Source of the DNA: Squalus acanthias
Taxonomy: Eukaryota
Length of the DNA stretch: 64,000 nt
NCBI GenBank assembly: GCA_030390025.1
Contig: CM059431.1
Coordinates: forward strand, 94,676,001-94,740,000
Direction of reading: 5' to 3'
The translations under genes and the position numbers were made by a program. Below, in pieces: positions 1 through 10,909 of the stretch (position 1 is its first letter; each line of letters begins with the position of its first letter). Below the pieces are notes generated by a model that saw nothing but the letters and a program-made list of their open reading frames with translations, did not search any database and was not told the DNA's origin.

Positions 1-284
1 TTAATGGAGGCGGGACGGGAGGCCAGGCAACCAACCCGATCCCAGGGAGCAGGTCGCTCATTTAAATATTATAATGAGGCTGCATGCCTCAGATTTTATC
101 TCTCTTCCAGCTACAGTATAATGCTGACTGAAAGGAAGATGTAAGTGCCTTTCCAGCACTGCTTGTGGGCCAGGAGAAGCAGGAGTGCTTCTACCCCGGC
201 CTTGCAAGCAAACCTGTTTCCCACTCCATGTGATTACCCCACCCCCAGCGATTGGACTTATCCCATGACTGGACCCCCTCGCTG

Positions 285-1380
285 ATCACCAACCCACCCC
301 GCACAATCACCGACCCACCCCGTGATCACCAACCCTCCCCCACTGTGATCACCGACCCCCCCCCCCCCCCGTGATCACCAACACCCCCCGTGATCACCGA
401 CACCCCCCGCAATCACCGACCCCCCCGTGATCACCGACCCTCCCCCAATGTGATCACCGACCCCCCCGTGATCACCGACCCTCCCCCCCCGTGATCACCG
501 ACCCCCCCCCGCAATCACCGACCCACCCCGTGATCACTGACCCTCCCCCCCGTGATCACCGACACCCCCGTGATCACCAACTGCCCCTGCAATCCCCGAC
601 TCTCCCCGTGATCACCGACCCTCCCCCCGTGATCACCGACCCTCCCCCCCGTGATCACCGACACCCCCCGCAATCACCGACCCCCCCGTGATCACCGACC
701 CCGCCCCGTGATCACCGAACCCCCCCGTGATCACCGACCCTGCCCCGTGATCACCGACTCTCCCCGTGATCACCGACACTCCCCGTGATCACCAACCCCC
801 CCCCGTGATCACCGACCCCCCCGTGATCAACAACCCTCCCCCCGTGATCACCGAGCCCCCCGTGACTACCGACCCCGCCCCGTGATCACCAACTCTCCCC
901 GTGATCACCGACACTCCCCGTGATCACCAACCCCCCCCGTGATCACCAACCACACCCGTGATCACCGACCCCCCCATGATCAACAACCCTCCCCCCCATT
1001 ATCACCGACCCCCCCCGTGATCACCGACCACCCCCGTGATCACCGACCCCCCCCGTGATCACCGACTCTCCCCGTGATCACCGACACTCCCCGTGATCAC
1101 CAACCCCCCCCCGTGATCACCGACCCCCCAGTGATCAACAACCCTCCCCCCATGATCACCGACCCCCCCGTGATCACCGACCCCGCCCCGTGATCACCGA
1201 CTCTCCCCGTGATCACCGACACTCCCCGTGATCACCAACCCCCCCCATGATCACCAACCCCCCCCCGTGATCACCGACCCCCCCCATTATCACCGACCCC
1301 CCCCGTGATCACCGACCCCCCCCCGTGATCACCGACCCCCCCCGTGATCACCGACCCCCCACATTATCACCGACCCCCCC
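285..1380. repeat. Minisatellite, ~18-22 bp unit gtgatcaccgac(c)n; resumes at 6350-6395
   Basis: Dozens of visible tandem copies with palindromic core gtgatcac and a variable C run. The array continues after the 3' LTR. Confidence 0.95.
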
Positions 1381-1608
1381 TGTCAGAAATCGCAACTTCT
1401 ACAAGAAGTAACTCAGGAAGTACTACTGGGCGGCCAGCTGGGGCGCTGTCCGGGGAGTATAAATACTCGGGCGTGGGCCCACCTTGAACAGAGACAACCT
1501 GGAAACAGGAAGTTAGTGACGGCTAACTAGACCGCCATGCTTTGTTACAAGTCGATTAAAGCCTTGATTTATGTTCAACCAAGTGCGTAGTGAGTCTTTA
1601 TTACGTCA
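1381..1608 (+). repeat. 5' LTR
   Basis: tgtcaga...ttacgtca; TATA-like tataaat at ~1458 and attaaa at 1555-1560. Confidence 0.95.
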
Positions 1609-1708
1609 ATTTAATCGACTTGGCATCGTCTCCACGCTTTGGGTGATTCGGAACAACCAGCTGCAACTCGAACCACAGAAGGGAACTAGGGCAAGAAACT
1701 GATCCACC

Positions 1709-4700
1709 ATGGAGAAACTCATAGACCCGCTCGTCTCGACCTGGACCCGAATGCACCTGCGGCAGCGAAGGTATGGAAGCATTGGTTTTGTACCTTTAGC
1801 AACTTTCTTGAAGAATGTGGGGCGGATGCCCCTAATAAGTTACGAATGCTTATTAACTACGTGTCCCCTCATGTGTATGACTATATTGAGGACTGTATAG
1901 ACTACGACACTGCTGTCCAAATTTTACAGCAGCTATATGTCAAGTCCCCGAATGAAATCTTTGCTCGACACCTACTGGCCACAACTCGGCAGCAGCCTGG
2001 GGAATCACTCGATGAATTCCTCCAGAATCTTCGCAGGCTCAGCAAGGATTGTAACCTTAAAGTGGTTACAGCTGAACAGTATCAAGAGGAACTAATCCGC
2101 GATTCCTTTATCAATGGGATTGCGTCCCCTTTTATACGTCCGCGCCTGCTGGAAAATAAAACCCTCAATTTACGGGCTGCTTATGACCAGGTGTGTTCCC
2201 TGGACTTGGCCAAGAAGAATGCAGACACTTATCTCCCACCACGTGCACAGGCGGCGGCTATCACCTTTAATCAGTCTTTCGGTAAGTCTCGGGCGGATGC
2301 CCCCGCTGATGTTGACTCTACTCTAACGGACGACGACCCTACCCTAGAGGCCTTCGCTGATGGCGACCCCGCCCTAGCAGCATCCTGGCAATCAGGAAGA
2401 AAGTGTTTCTTTTGTGGAGGGGCGTGCCATTACAGAAAACTTTGCCCAGCTCGTAATGTGACCTGCAATCATTGCAGCAAGAAAGGACACCTTTCCAAGG
2501 TATGCCAGTCACGGGCCTCTGCTAACAAGAAAGGCCGCTCCTCTAAAGTATACCGGTCAAGAGCTCCTGTTAGCTTCACAGCTGCTATCTATGGAGCTGC
2601 TCCTCCCCCAAGAACCACTGTTAAGGCTACAGCTGCCGAAGGGAAAATTGCCCCTCCTCCCATCACAGCTGTTTTTCCCCAAAGTTTGTCCCATGCAGCC
2701 ACGAGGGTTTCACTAAATGGGCACACTCTAAGCGCGCTAATCAACTCCTGCAGCTCTGACAGCTTCATTAGTAAGCGGGCTGTCAGCAGGTTGAAACTGC
2801 GCATTTATCCCTCGGACAGGGAGATTGCAATGGCTCTGACGACTCTGACCACCAATTCTTCTGTCTTGTCAACCTCATCCTCAATGGCCGCACTTATCTC
2901 TCCACCTGGCTCGGAGTACTCAAACTTATGCAGCGATGTGCTTCTGGGACAGGACTTCCAGAAGCAGCACAAGAGGCTCACTTTTGAGTTTGGAGGGTCA
3001 AGGCCGGAGCTTACCATTTCTAAGGTGCTGTTTTGTGCGCACTCGGTGGCCTTACTCGGTGAACCCTCCCTGTTTGCCAATCTTTCCCCCCGCTGTAAAC
3101 CCATAGCCATCAAATCGCGGTGCTTTAGCCAAGACGATCGAGCATTTATCGAGGCAGAAATCTCTCGCCTTTTAGTCGACGGTATTATCGAGCCGTGTTC
3201 ATCTCCCTGGCGGGCTCAAGTCGTCATTGTGAAAAATCCCTTAAAACATCAAACGTCTGTGTATCGATTATTCGCAGACTATTAATCAATATACTGATCT
3301 GGATGCCTACCCGCTACCCCGCATAGATGACATGGTCAACAACCTTGCCAAATACAAGGTATTTTCGACCTTCGATTTGAAAAGCGCGTACCATCAGGTG
3401 CCGCTGCAAGACTCCGACAAGAAGTATACGGCCTTTGAGGCCAATGGTCGGCTTTTTCAGTTTCGCCGCCTTCCATTCGGGGTCACCAATGGGGTGGCCG
3501 TCTTCCAACGGGCCATGGATGGCCTAGTCCGGCAAGAGAACTTGACAGATACCTTTCCGTATTTAGACAATATCACTATTGCCGGCCATGATCAAAAGGA
3601 GCATGACGCCAATCTTCAGAGATTTTTTGACGTACTCTGTCGTCGCCACTTAACGTTAAACGAATTCAAATCAGTGAAATCGGTGCCATCAGTGAACATT
3701 CCTGGCTACTGGGTGGGCAACGGTGTTATTAAACCGGACCCAGAGCGACTTCATCCACTTCAGGAGCTCCCTCCCCCTACGAACCTCGGCTCTCTTCGTC
3801 GGGCACTTGGCATGTTTGCTTATTACGCAAAGTGGATACCACACTTCTCCAATAAAATACAGCCCCTGCTCCATGCGAAGTCTTTTCCATTGAAAGCTAC
3901 GGCTATTTCTGCCTTCAACTTCCTCAAACGACAGCTGGAGAAAGCCACGCTTCGCCCCATTGACGAAAACCTTCCTTTTGTGGTCGAATGCGATGCATTG
4001 GAGGTGGCGATCTCGGCGACCTTGAATCAAGGTGGCCGACCCGTGGCATTCCTATCCAGAACCTTGCAGGGTAGCGAGCTCCATTACCCCCCCCGTCGAG
4101 AAGGAGGCTACGGCCATCATCGAGGCTGTACGCCAATGGGGTCATTTTCTTGCTCGGCGTCATTTTACGCTTATAACTGACCAGCGCTCCGTGGCCTTCA
4201 TGTTGGATAACCGGAGGCGCACGAAAATCAAAAACAATAAAATTCAACTCTGGAGGATGGAGCTGGCCGCCTTTGGATATACTATCCGTTACCGACCCGG
4301 CAAACAGAATGTGGCCCCAGATACCTTCACACGGGCATTTTGCTCCTCAATGTCAACATCGACTCTGGCGGATTTGCATATGGACTTATGCCATCCTGGC
4401 GTGACCCGTATGTTGCACTTTGTGCGCTCCAAAAATCTACCATTCTCAACAGAGGACGTAAAGAAAACATGCTCCTCCTGTAGGATTTGTGCAGAATTGA
4501 AACCACAATTCTTCCGCCCATCAGATGGCTTACTCAGACATGCAATGCAGCCTATGCAGAGGCTCAGCATAGACTTTAAAGGGCCATTGCCTTCGTCGAC
4601 ACGGAACACCTACCTACTTACGATGGTAGACGAGTATTCACGCTTTCCCTTCGCCTTCCCCTGTCCTAATATGCTTACCTCTACGGTAATTAAATGCCTC

Positions 4701-5372
4701 AATCAGGTCTTTTCCCTTTGCGGGACGGCCAATTTTATCCACACGGATCGGGGTCCCTCCTTTATGTCGAGTGAACTTAAAGGTTATCTCTCCCAATGGG
4801 GAATCTCCTCAAGTAAGACAACACCATATCACCCAATCGGCAACGGACAGGTTGAACGATACAATGCCATCATCTGGAATGCTGTCCATCTGGCACTGAG
4901 GTCACGCAACCTACCAGACCAGCAGTGGGAAACGGTGCTCCCTGACGTGTTACACTCTATCAGGTCTCTTCTTTCCACATCTACTAATGTCACGCCTCAT
5001 GAGCGATTCTTCAAATTCCGGCGTCGCTCTACACATGGGACGTCTCTACCGTCATGGTTGGTGGCTCCAGGCCCTGTGCTACTCCGGAGGTTCGTCCGGT
5101 CTGCCAAAAACGACCCTCTCGTTGACGAGGTGGAGTTAACGGAGGTAAACCCCACGTATGCGCACGTACAGTACCCTGATGGCAGGGAGGCCACCGTCTC
5201 GCTCAGAGATCTGGATCCCTGCCCAACCGGTCACATGGGCCCGAATGATGAAGGATCCCACGACGATGATGCCAACACTCTGCACCCCTATGAAAATGAC
5301 GCCCCACTTGGGACATCGAGGGATCGGCTGGCAGCGCCACCGGATCAACTCGGAGCCGGACGCTCCCCGTAG
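1709..5372 (+). pseudogene. Gypsy gag-pol polyprotein, frameshifted (ORF pieces 1709-, 1846-3285, 3332-4180, 4032-5372)
   Basis: Zinc knuckles CFFC..H....C and CNHCSKKGHLSKVC, protease ALINSCS, and RT motifs FDLKSAYHQV, LPFGVTNG and YLDN. RNase H ECDA..EKEA..TDQ; integrase HHCC (H..H..CSSCRIC) and DDE core (IDFKGP, TDRG, GQVER). Confidence 0.93.
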
Positions 5373-5527
5373 GATGGCCGCCAGAAGCCAGGATGCCGGA
5401 CAATCTCCAGCCACGACCCGGGATGAGGCCAGCTCTGCGCCTGTGGGGACCTGTACCTGGAGTCATGATATTCCCAGTCCTCCACAGGACGATCAAGACG
5501 ACGCGGACTCTACTGACTTACCGGTAC

Positions 5528-5982
5528 GGGCCAACACGGTGGCATAGTGGTTAGCACTGGTGCCTCACAGCGCCAGGGACCCGGGTTCGAATCTGGCCTC
5601 GGGTGACTGTCTGTGTGGAGTTTGCACATTCTCCCCGTGTCTGCGTGGGTTTCCTCCGGGTGCTCCGGTTTCCTCCCACAGTCCAAAAATGTGCGGGTTA
5701 GGTTGATTTGGCTATGATAAATTGACCCTTAGTGTTAGGGGGGGATTAAATATGTGGGGTTACGGGGATAGGAAGGGATATGTTAGGGGGAATTAAATAC
5801 GTGGGGTTACGGGGATAGGGTGGGATATGTGTCGGTGCAGGCTCGATGGGGATTCTGTGTGAGAGAGCAGGGACAGGGTACTGGATTTGGATGATCAGCC
5901 ATGATCGTATTGAATGGTGGAGCAGGCTCGATGGGCCGAATGGCCTACTCCTGCTCCTAGTTTCTATGTTTCTATGTTTCTA
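5528..5982 (+). mobile_element. tRNA-derived V-SINE (HE1-like) inserted in the Gypsy 3' region
   Basis: A box tggcatagtgg, B box gggttcgaatc, V-domain-type core tgtgtggagtttgcacattctccccgtgtctgcgtgggtttcctccggg. CR1/HER1-type tail gggccgaatggcctactcctgctcct followed by (tttctatg)n. Confidence 0.88.
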
Positions 5983-6121
5983 AGCAACCCAGGGACCAGG
6001 ACATGGTCCAGGGAGACGTGACTTCCGGTCCCAAGCAGAGAGCTAAACGACTACAGCTATTTTTGGTCTGCCTAGTCCGTTAAAGGAAGACTGGACTTCC
6101 AAACCTTTTAGGGAGGAAGAA

Positions 6122-6349
6122 TGTCATAAATCGCAACTTCTACAAGAAGTAACTCAGGAAGTACTACTGAGCGGCCAGCTGGGGCATTGTCCGGGGAGTA
6201 TAAATACTCGGGCGTGGGCCCACCCTGGGCAGAGACAATCTGGAAACAGGAAGTTAGTGACTGCTAACTAGACCTCCATGCTTTGTTACAAGTCGATTAA
6301 AGCCTTGATTTATGTTCAACCAAGTGCGTAGTGAGTCTTTATTACATCA
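6122..6349 (+). repeat. 3' LTR
   Basis: tgtcata...ttacatca, about 95% identical to 1381-1608. Confidence 0.95.
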
Positions 6350-6906
6350 CCCCCGTGATCACCACCCACACTCCCCCCCCGCAATCACCAACACCCACAT
6401 CTGTGCCCCGATCTCTCTCTGAACCCCTTCAATTACCCACCAAATCACGCTGTATCCAACCCAATCGCCGCCCTCACAATCTCTATCCAACAGTAGGAAC
6501 GTACCTGCTCCTGGGCTGCAACCTCCCTTGCAGCGTTCCCCACCCGACGGAGCAAAGTCTATCAATCAGGCTGGCGTCCAGGCAGTGAACCTGTTAAAAA
6601 AACACACTGCACGGAGTTCGGCCCGACCAGAACTCTTGACCCCCCTTGCAAATCCCGCCCCAGTAAATATCAGGACCGATGATTCTTAGATGGTTTTAAA
6701 ATGAAGATTGAGGAGTTTTATTGAACAGTTAACTTGAATGACACAGAGAGCAGCAATAATATGCAAAGTTAAGCTGGGGAGCAGAGACGTCTCAGCTAAA
6801 TGATTTCCATATAGAGCAGCTGAAACATATCACCAGGTCTCTCCTCACACACAAAGATGGGAATGGATGAGGGGAAGCAGGCAGGGTGTTGTGCTCTTTA
6901 CTTTAA

Positions 6907-7091
6907 CCAAGACCTCTAATCATTCGCTTTACCAGATAAAACTTAACCCAGCATTCGGTTCATCCCGCAGCGCCAGTTCTGCTTACCAAAAGTGGCCCAC
7001 TAGGCACTCTCATTCCACGCCCGGCTCCAAGCCAGCGAGTCGAGCTTCTTACCCATTTAAAGTTTGAGAATAGTTTGAGATCGTTGTGGCC
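6907..7091 (-). pseudogene. 28S rRNA fragment (185 nt), circularly permuted
   Basis: The reverse complement matches conserved eukaryotic LSU sequence (agttttatc.ggtaaagcgaatgattagaggtcttgg; gatctcaa.ctattctcaaactttaaatgggtaagaagc; gggccacttttggtaagcagaactggcgctgcgggatgaaccgaa). The two blocks are in swapped order. Confidence 0.9.
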
Positions 7092-7098
7092 TCACTAT

Positions 7099-10000
7099 GG
7101 TAGCATAGTGGTAATGTCACTGGGTTAGTAATCCAGAAGCCTGGACTAATGATCCAGAGACGTGAGTTCAAATCACCACCACGGCAGCTGGGGAATTTAA
7201 ATTCAGTTAATTAAATAAATCTGGAATAAAAAGCTAGTATCAGTAATGGTAACCATGAAACTATCGGATTGTCGTAAAAACCCATCTGGTTCACTAATGT
7301 CCTTTAGGGAAGGAAATCTACCGACCTTACCTGGTCTGGCCTATATGTGACTCCAGACCCACAGCAATGTGGTTGACTGTTAACTGCCCTCTGAAATGGC
7401 CTAGCAAGCTACTCAGTTGTAACAAATCGCTACGTAACAAAATAATAAGAATGAAACTGGATGGACCACCCGGCATCGACCTTAGCACCGGCTACAAACA
7501 TGGCAACAACACACCCAGCCAAATCAACCCTGCAAAGTCCTCCTCACCAACATCTGGGGACTTGTGCCAAAATTGGGAGAGCTGTCCCACAGACTGGTCA
7601 AGCAACAGCCTAACATAGTCATACTCACAGAATCATACCTTTCAGCTAATGTCCCTTACTCCTCCATCACCATCCCTGGGTATGTCCTGTCCCACCGGCA
7701 GGACAGACCCACCAGGGGTGGTGGCCCAGTGGTATACAGTCGGGAAGGAGTGGCCTTGGGAGTCCTCAACATTGATTCCGGACCCCATGAAGTCTCATGG
7801 CTTCAGGTCAAGCATGGACAAGGAAACCTCCTGCTGATTACCACCTAGCGCCCTCCCTCAGCTGATGAATCAGTACTCCTCCATGTTAAACACCACTTGG
7901 AAGAATCACTGAGAGTAGCAAGGGCACAGAATGTACTCTGGGTGGGGGACTTCAATGTTCATCACCAAGAGTGGCTCGGTAGCACCACTACTGGCCGAGT
8001 CCTGAAGGACATAACTGCTAGTCTGGGCCTGCGACAGGTGGTGCGTGAACTAACAAGAGGGAAAAACCTACTTGACCTCGTCCTCACCAATCTACCTGTC
8101 GCAGATACATCTGTCCATGACAGCATTGGTAGCAGTGACCACCACACAGTCATTGTGGAGACGAAGTCCCGTCTTCACACTGAGAACACCCTCCATCGTG
8201 TTGTGTGGCACTACCAACGTGCTAAATGGGATAGATTCAGAACAGATCTAGCAGCTCAAAACTGGGCATCCCATGAGGTGCTGTGGGACATCAGCAGCAG
8301 CAGAATTGTATTCCTCCACAATCTGTAACCTCATGGCCCAGCATATCCCTCACTCTACCATTACCACCAACCCTGGTTCAACAACGAGTGTAGAAAAGCA
8401 TGCCAGGAACAGCACCAGGCGTACCTAAAAATTAGGTGCCAACCTGGGGAAGTTGCAACACAGGACTACATGCATGCTAAAAAGCGGAAGCAGCATGCTA
8501 TAGACAGGGCTAAGAGATCCCACAATCAACGGATCAGATCAAAGCTCTGCAGTCCTGCCACATCCAGTTGTGAATGGTGGTGAACCATTAAACAACTAAC
8601 GAGAGGAGGAGGCTCCAAGAATATCCCCATCCTCAATGATGGTGGAGCCCAGCACGTGAGTGCAAAAGACAAGGCTGAAGCGTTTGCAGCCAGAAGTGCC
8701 GAGTGGATGATCCATATTGGCCTACTCCCAAGGTTTCAGCCAATTCGATTCACTCCACATGATATCAAGAAAGGGCTGAGCGCACTGGATACAGTAAAGG
8801 CTATGGGCCCCGACAACATCCCGGCTATCGTGCTGAAGACTTGTGCTCCAGAACTAGCCGTGCCTCTAGCCAAGCTGTTCCAGTACAGCTACAACACTGG
8901 CATCGATCCGACAATGTGGAAAACTGCCCAGGTATGTCCTGTCCACAAAAAGCAGGACAAATCCAACCCGGCCAATTACCGCCCCATCAGTCTACTCTCA
9001 ATCATCAGCAAAGTGATGGAAGGCGTCATCGACAGTGCTATCAAGCGGCACCTGCTCACTGATGCCCAGTTTGGGTTCCGCCAGGACCACTCAGCTCCCG
9101 ACCTCATTACAGCCTTGGTCCAAACATGGATAAAGGAGCTGAATTCCAGAGGTGAGGTGAGAGTGACTGCCCTTGACATCAAGGCAGCATTTGACCGAGT
9201 CTGGCATCAAGGAGCCCTAGTAAAACTGAAGTCAATGGGAATCAGGGTGAAAACGCTCCACTGGCTTGAGTCATACCTAGCACAAAGGAAGATGGTTGTG
9301 GTATTTGGAGGTCAATCATCACAGCCCCAGGCCATCACTGCAGGAGTTCCTCAGGGCAGTGTCCTAGGCCCAACCATCTTCAGCTGCTTCATTAATGACC
9401 TTCCCTCCAACATAAGGTCAGAAATGGGGATGTTCGCTGATGACTGCACAGTGTTCAGCGCCATTCGCAACTCCTCAGATAATGAAGCAGTCCATGCCCG
9501 CATGCAACAAGACCTGGACGACGTTCAGGTTTGGGCTGATAAATGGCAGGTAACATTTGCGCCACAGAAGTGCCAGGCAATGACTATCTCCAACAAACGA
9601 GAGTCTAACCACCTCCCCTTGACATTCAATGGCATTACCATCGCCGAATCCCCCACTATCAACATCCTGGGGGTCACCATTAACCAGAAACTTAACTGGA
9701 CCAGCCACATAAATACTGTGGCAACAAGAGCAGGTCAGAGGCTAGGTATTCTGCGGCGAGTGTCTCACCTCCTGACTCCCCAAAGCCTTTCCATCTACAA
9801 GGCACAAGTAAGGAGTGTGATGGAATACTCTCCACTTGCCTGGATGAGTGCAGCTCCAACAACACTCAAGAAGCTCAACACCATCCAGGACAAAGTAGCC
9901 CGCTTGATTGGCACCCCATCCACTACCTTGAACATTCACTCCCTCCATCACCGGCATACCGTGGCTGCAGTGTGTACCATCTACAAGATGCACTGCAGCA

Positions 10001-10334
10001 ACTCGCCAAGGCTTCTTCGGCAGCACCTCCCAAACCTGCGACTTCTTCCACCTAGAAGGACAAAGGCAGCAGGCGTATGAGAACACCACCACCTCCAAGT
10101 TGCCCTCCAAGTCACACACCATCCTGACTTGGAAATATATCGCCGATCCTTTATCATCGCTGGGTCAAAATCCTGGAACTCCCTCCCTAACAGCACTGTG
10201 GGAGTACCATCACCACACGGACTGCAGCGGTTTAAGAAGGCGGCTCACCACCACCTTCTCAAGGGCAACTAGGGATGGGCAATAAATGCTGGCATTGCCA
10301 GCGACGCCCTGATCCCATAAACGAATAAAAAAAA
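7099..10334 (+). mobile_element. Single-ORF LINE (APE endonuclease + RT; CR1/L2/Jockey group, clade not assigned) with tRNA/SINE-like 5' head
   Basis: A box tagcatagtgg (7101) and B box gagttcaaatc (7164). EN motifs TNIWGL, ILTESY, GDFNVH, LDLVLT, SDH; RT motifs [33 protein letters not shown]. 3' tail aagggcaactagggatgggcaataaa...aataaaaaaaa. Contains stops and frameshifts. Confidence 0.9.
8656..10080 (+). pseudogene. LINE reverse transcriptase, longest open segment
   Basis: 474-aa ORF with RT motifs [32 protein letters not shown]. Confidence 0.9.
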
Positions 10335-10909
10335 ACAATAATAAACCCCATTTTGTCATTTACTAGAAGCTGCTACTAGCGTCTCCTCGAGAGGTTTGGG
10401 GGGGATGATAGTTTCCTTCTTATAAGGGATTGAGGAATGTTCCTCCCAGGTACTGTCCCCTTCCTCTTTTCCTCACTTTTTAGGAGGATCTCAATTGATG
10501 CAGCAGAGTGGGAGTTAATAATCTGAGGATTCAACTCACATTTTGCACCTCCTGGGCGCACTGCCAGCCTGTTTGAGACCCATCCTGGGATCACCTCCAC
10601 TCCTTCCAGCCCTGTACTGCTCTGGCTCACCTGAGGAGACAGACCCACTCCGACCAGCGAGCTGCAGCAAGATGACCGTTTGGCACTTGCCATTTGCCGG
10701 CGGCATTTAAATGAGACCCAAAACTGAATTTGACTTGGACTGGCATGCGGAGCTCCTGCATCGCCAACTTTGCACCCATTTTGGGTGGAAATCGAATTCC
10801 TTCCCCTCTGTATTTCACATGGGGTTTCCACCCCTCCTGTTTTGTGCCAAATGGAGTGGGCCATTCTGAAACTTTCAAAATGTAAACCACATGCAAAGGC
10901 CACATGGAT

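Larger units (their letters stand above)
1381..6349 (+). mobile_element. Full-length Ty3/Gypsy LTR retrotransposon (decayed)
   Basis: Two 228-bp LTRs (1381-1608, 6122-6349) with TG...CA ends and 11 differences by hand count. 5-bp TSD ccccc (1376-1380 / 6350-6354), PPT agggaggaagaa before the 3' LTR, and gag-PR-RT-RNaseH-IN order. Confidence 0.97.
1..6677 (+). mobile_element. Non-autonomous MITE-like host element (left end outside window) containing a minisatellite and the Gypsy insertion
   Basis: Shares a hairpin core (cttgtgggccaggagaagcaggagtgcttct...ggcc...caag, 161-209) with the elements at ~10.9-12.05 kb and ~59.4-60.1 kb. Ends in aaatatcaggacc (to 6677), similar to aaatatcggggcc (to 12046). 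Confidence 0.45.

Noticed and set aside
285..1380. CRISPR-like array with palindromic repeat
   Set aside because: No unique spacers, only variable C runs; eukaryotic context and no cas genes.
5528..5610. tRNA genes (also at 7099, 58126, 60546)
   Set aside because: The A/B boxes continue into SINE bodies with no complete cloverleaf or terminator.
6907..7091. Functional rRNA gene or R2-type rDNA insertion site
   Set aside because: Only 185 nt, permuted and mutated, with no surrounding rDNA; the adjacent LINE is APE-type.
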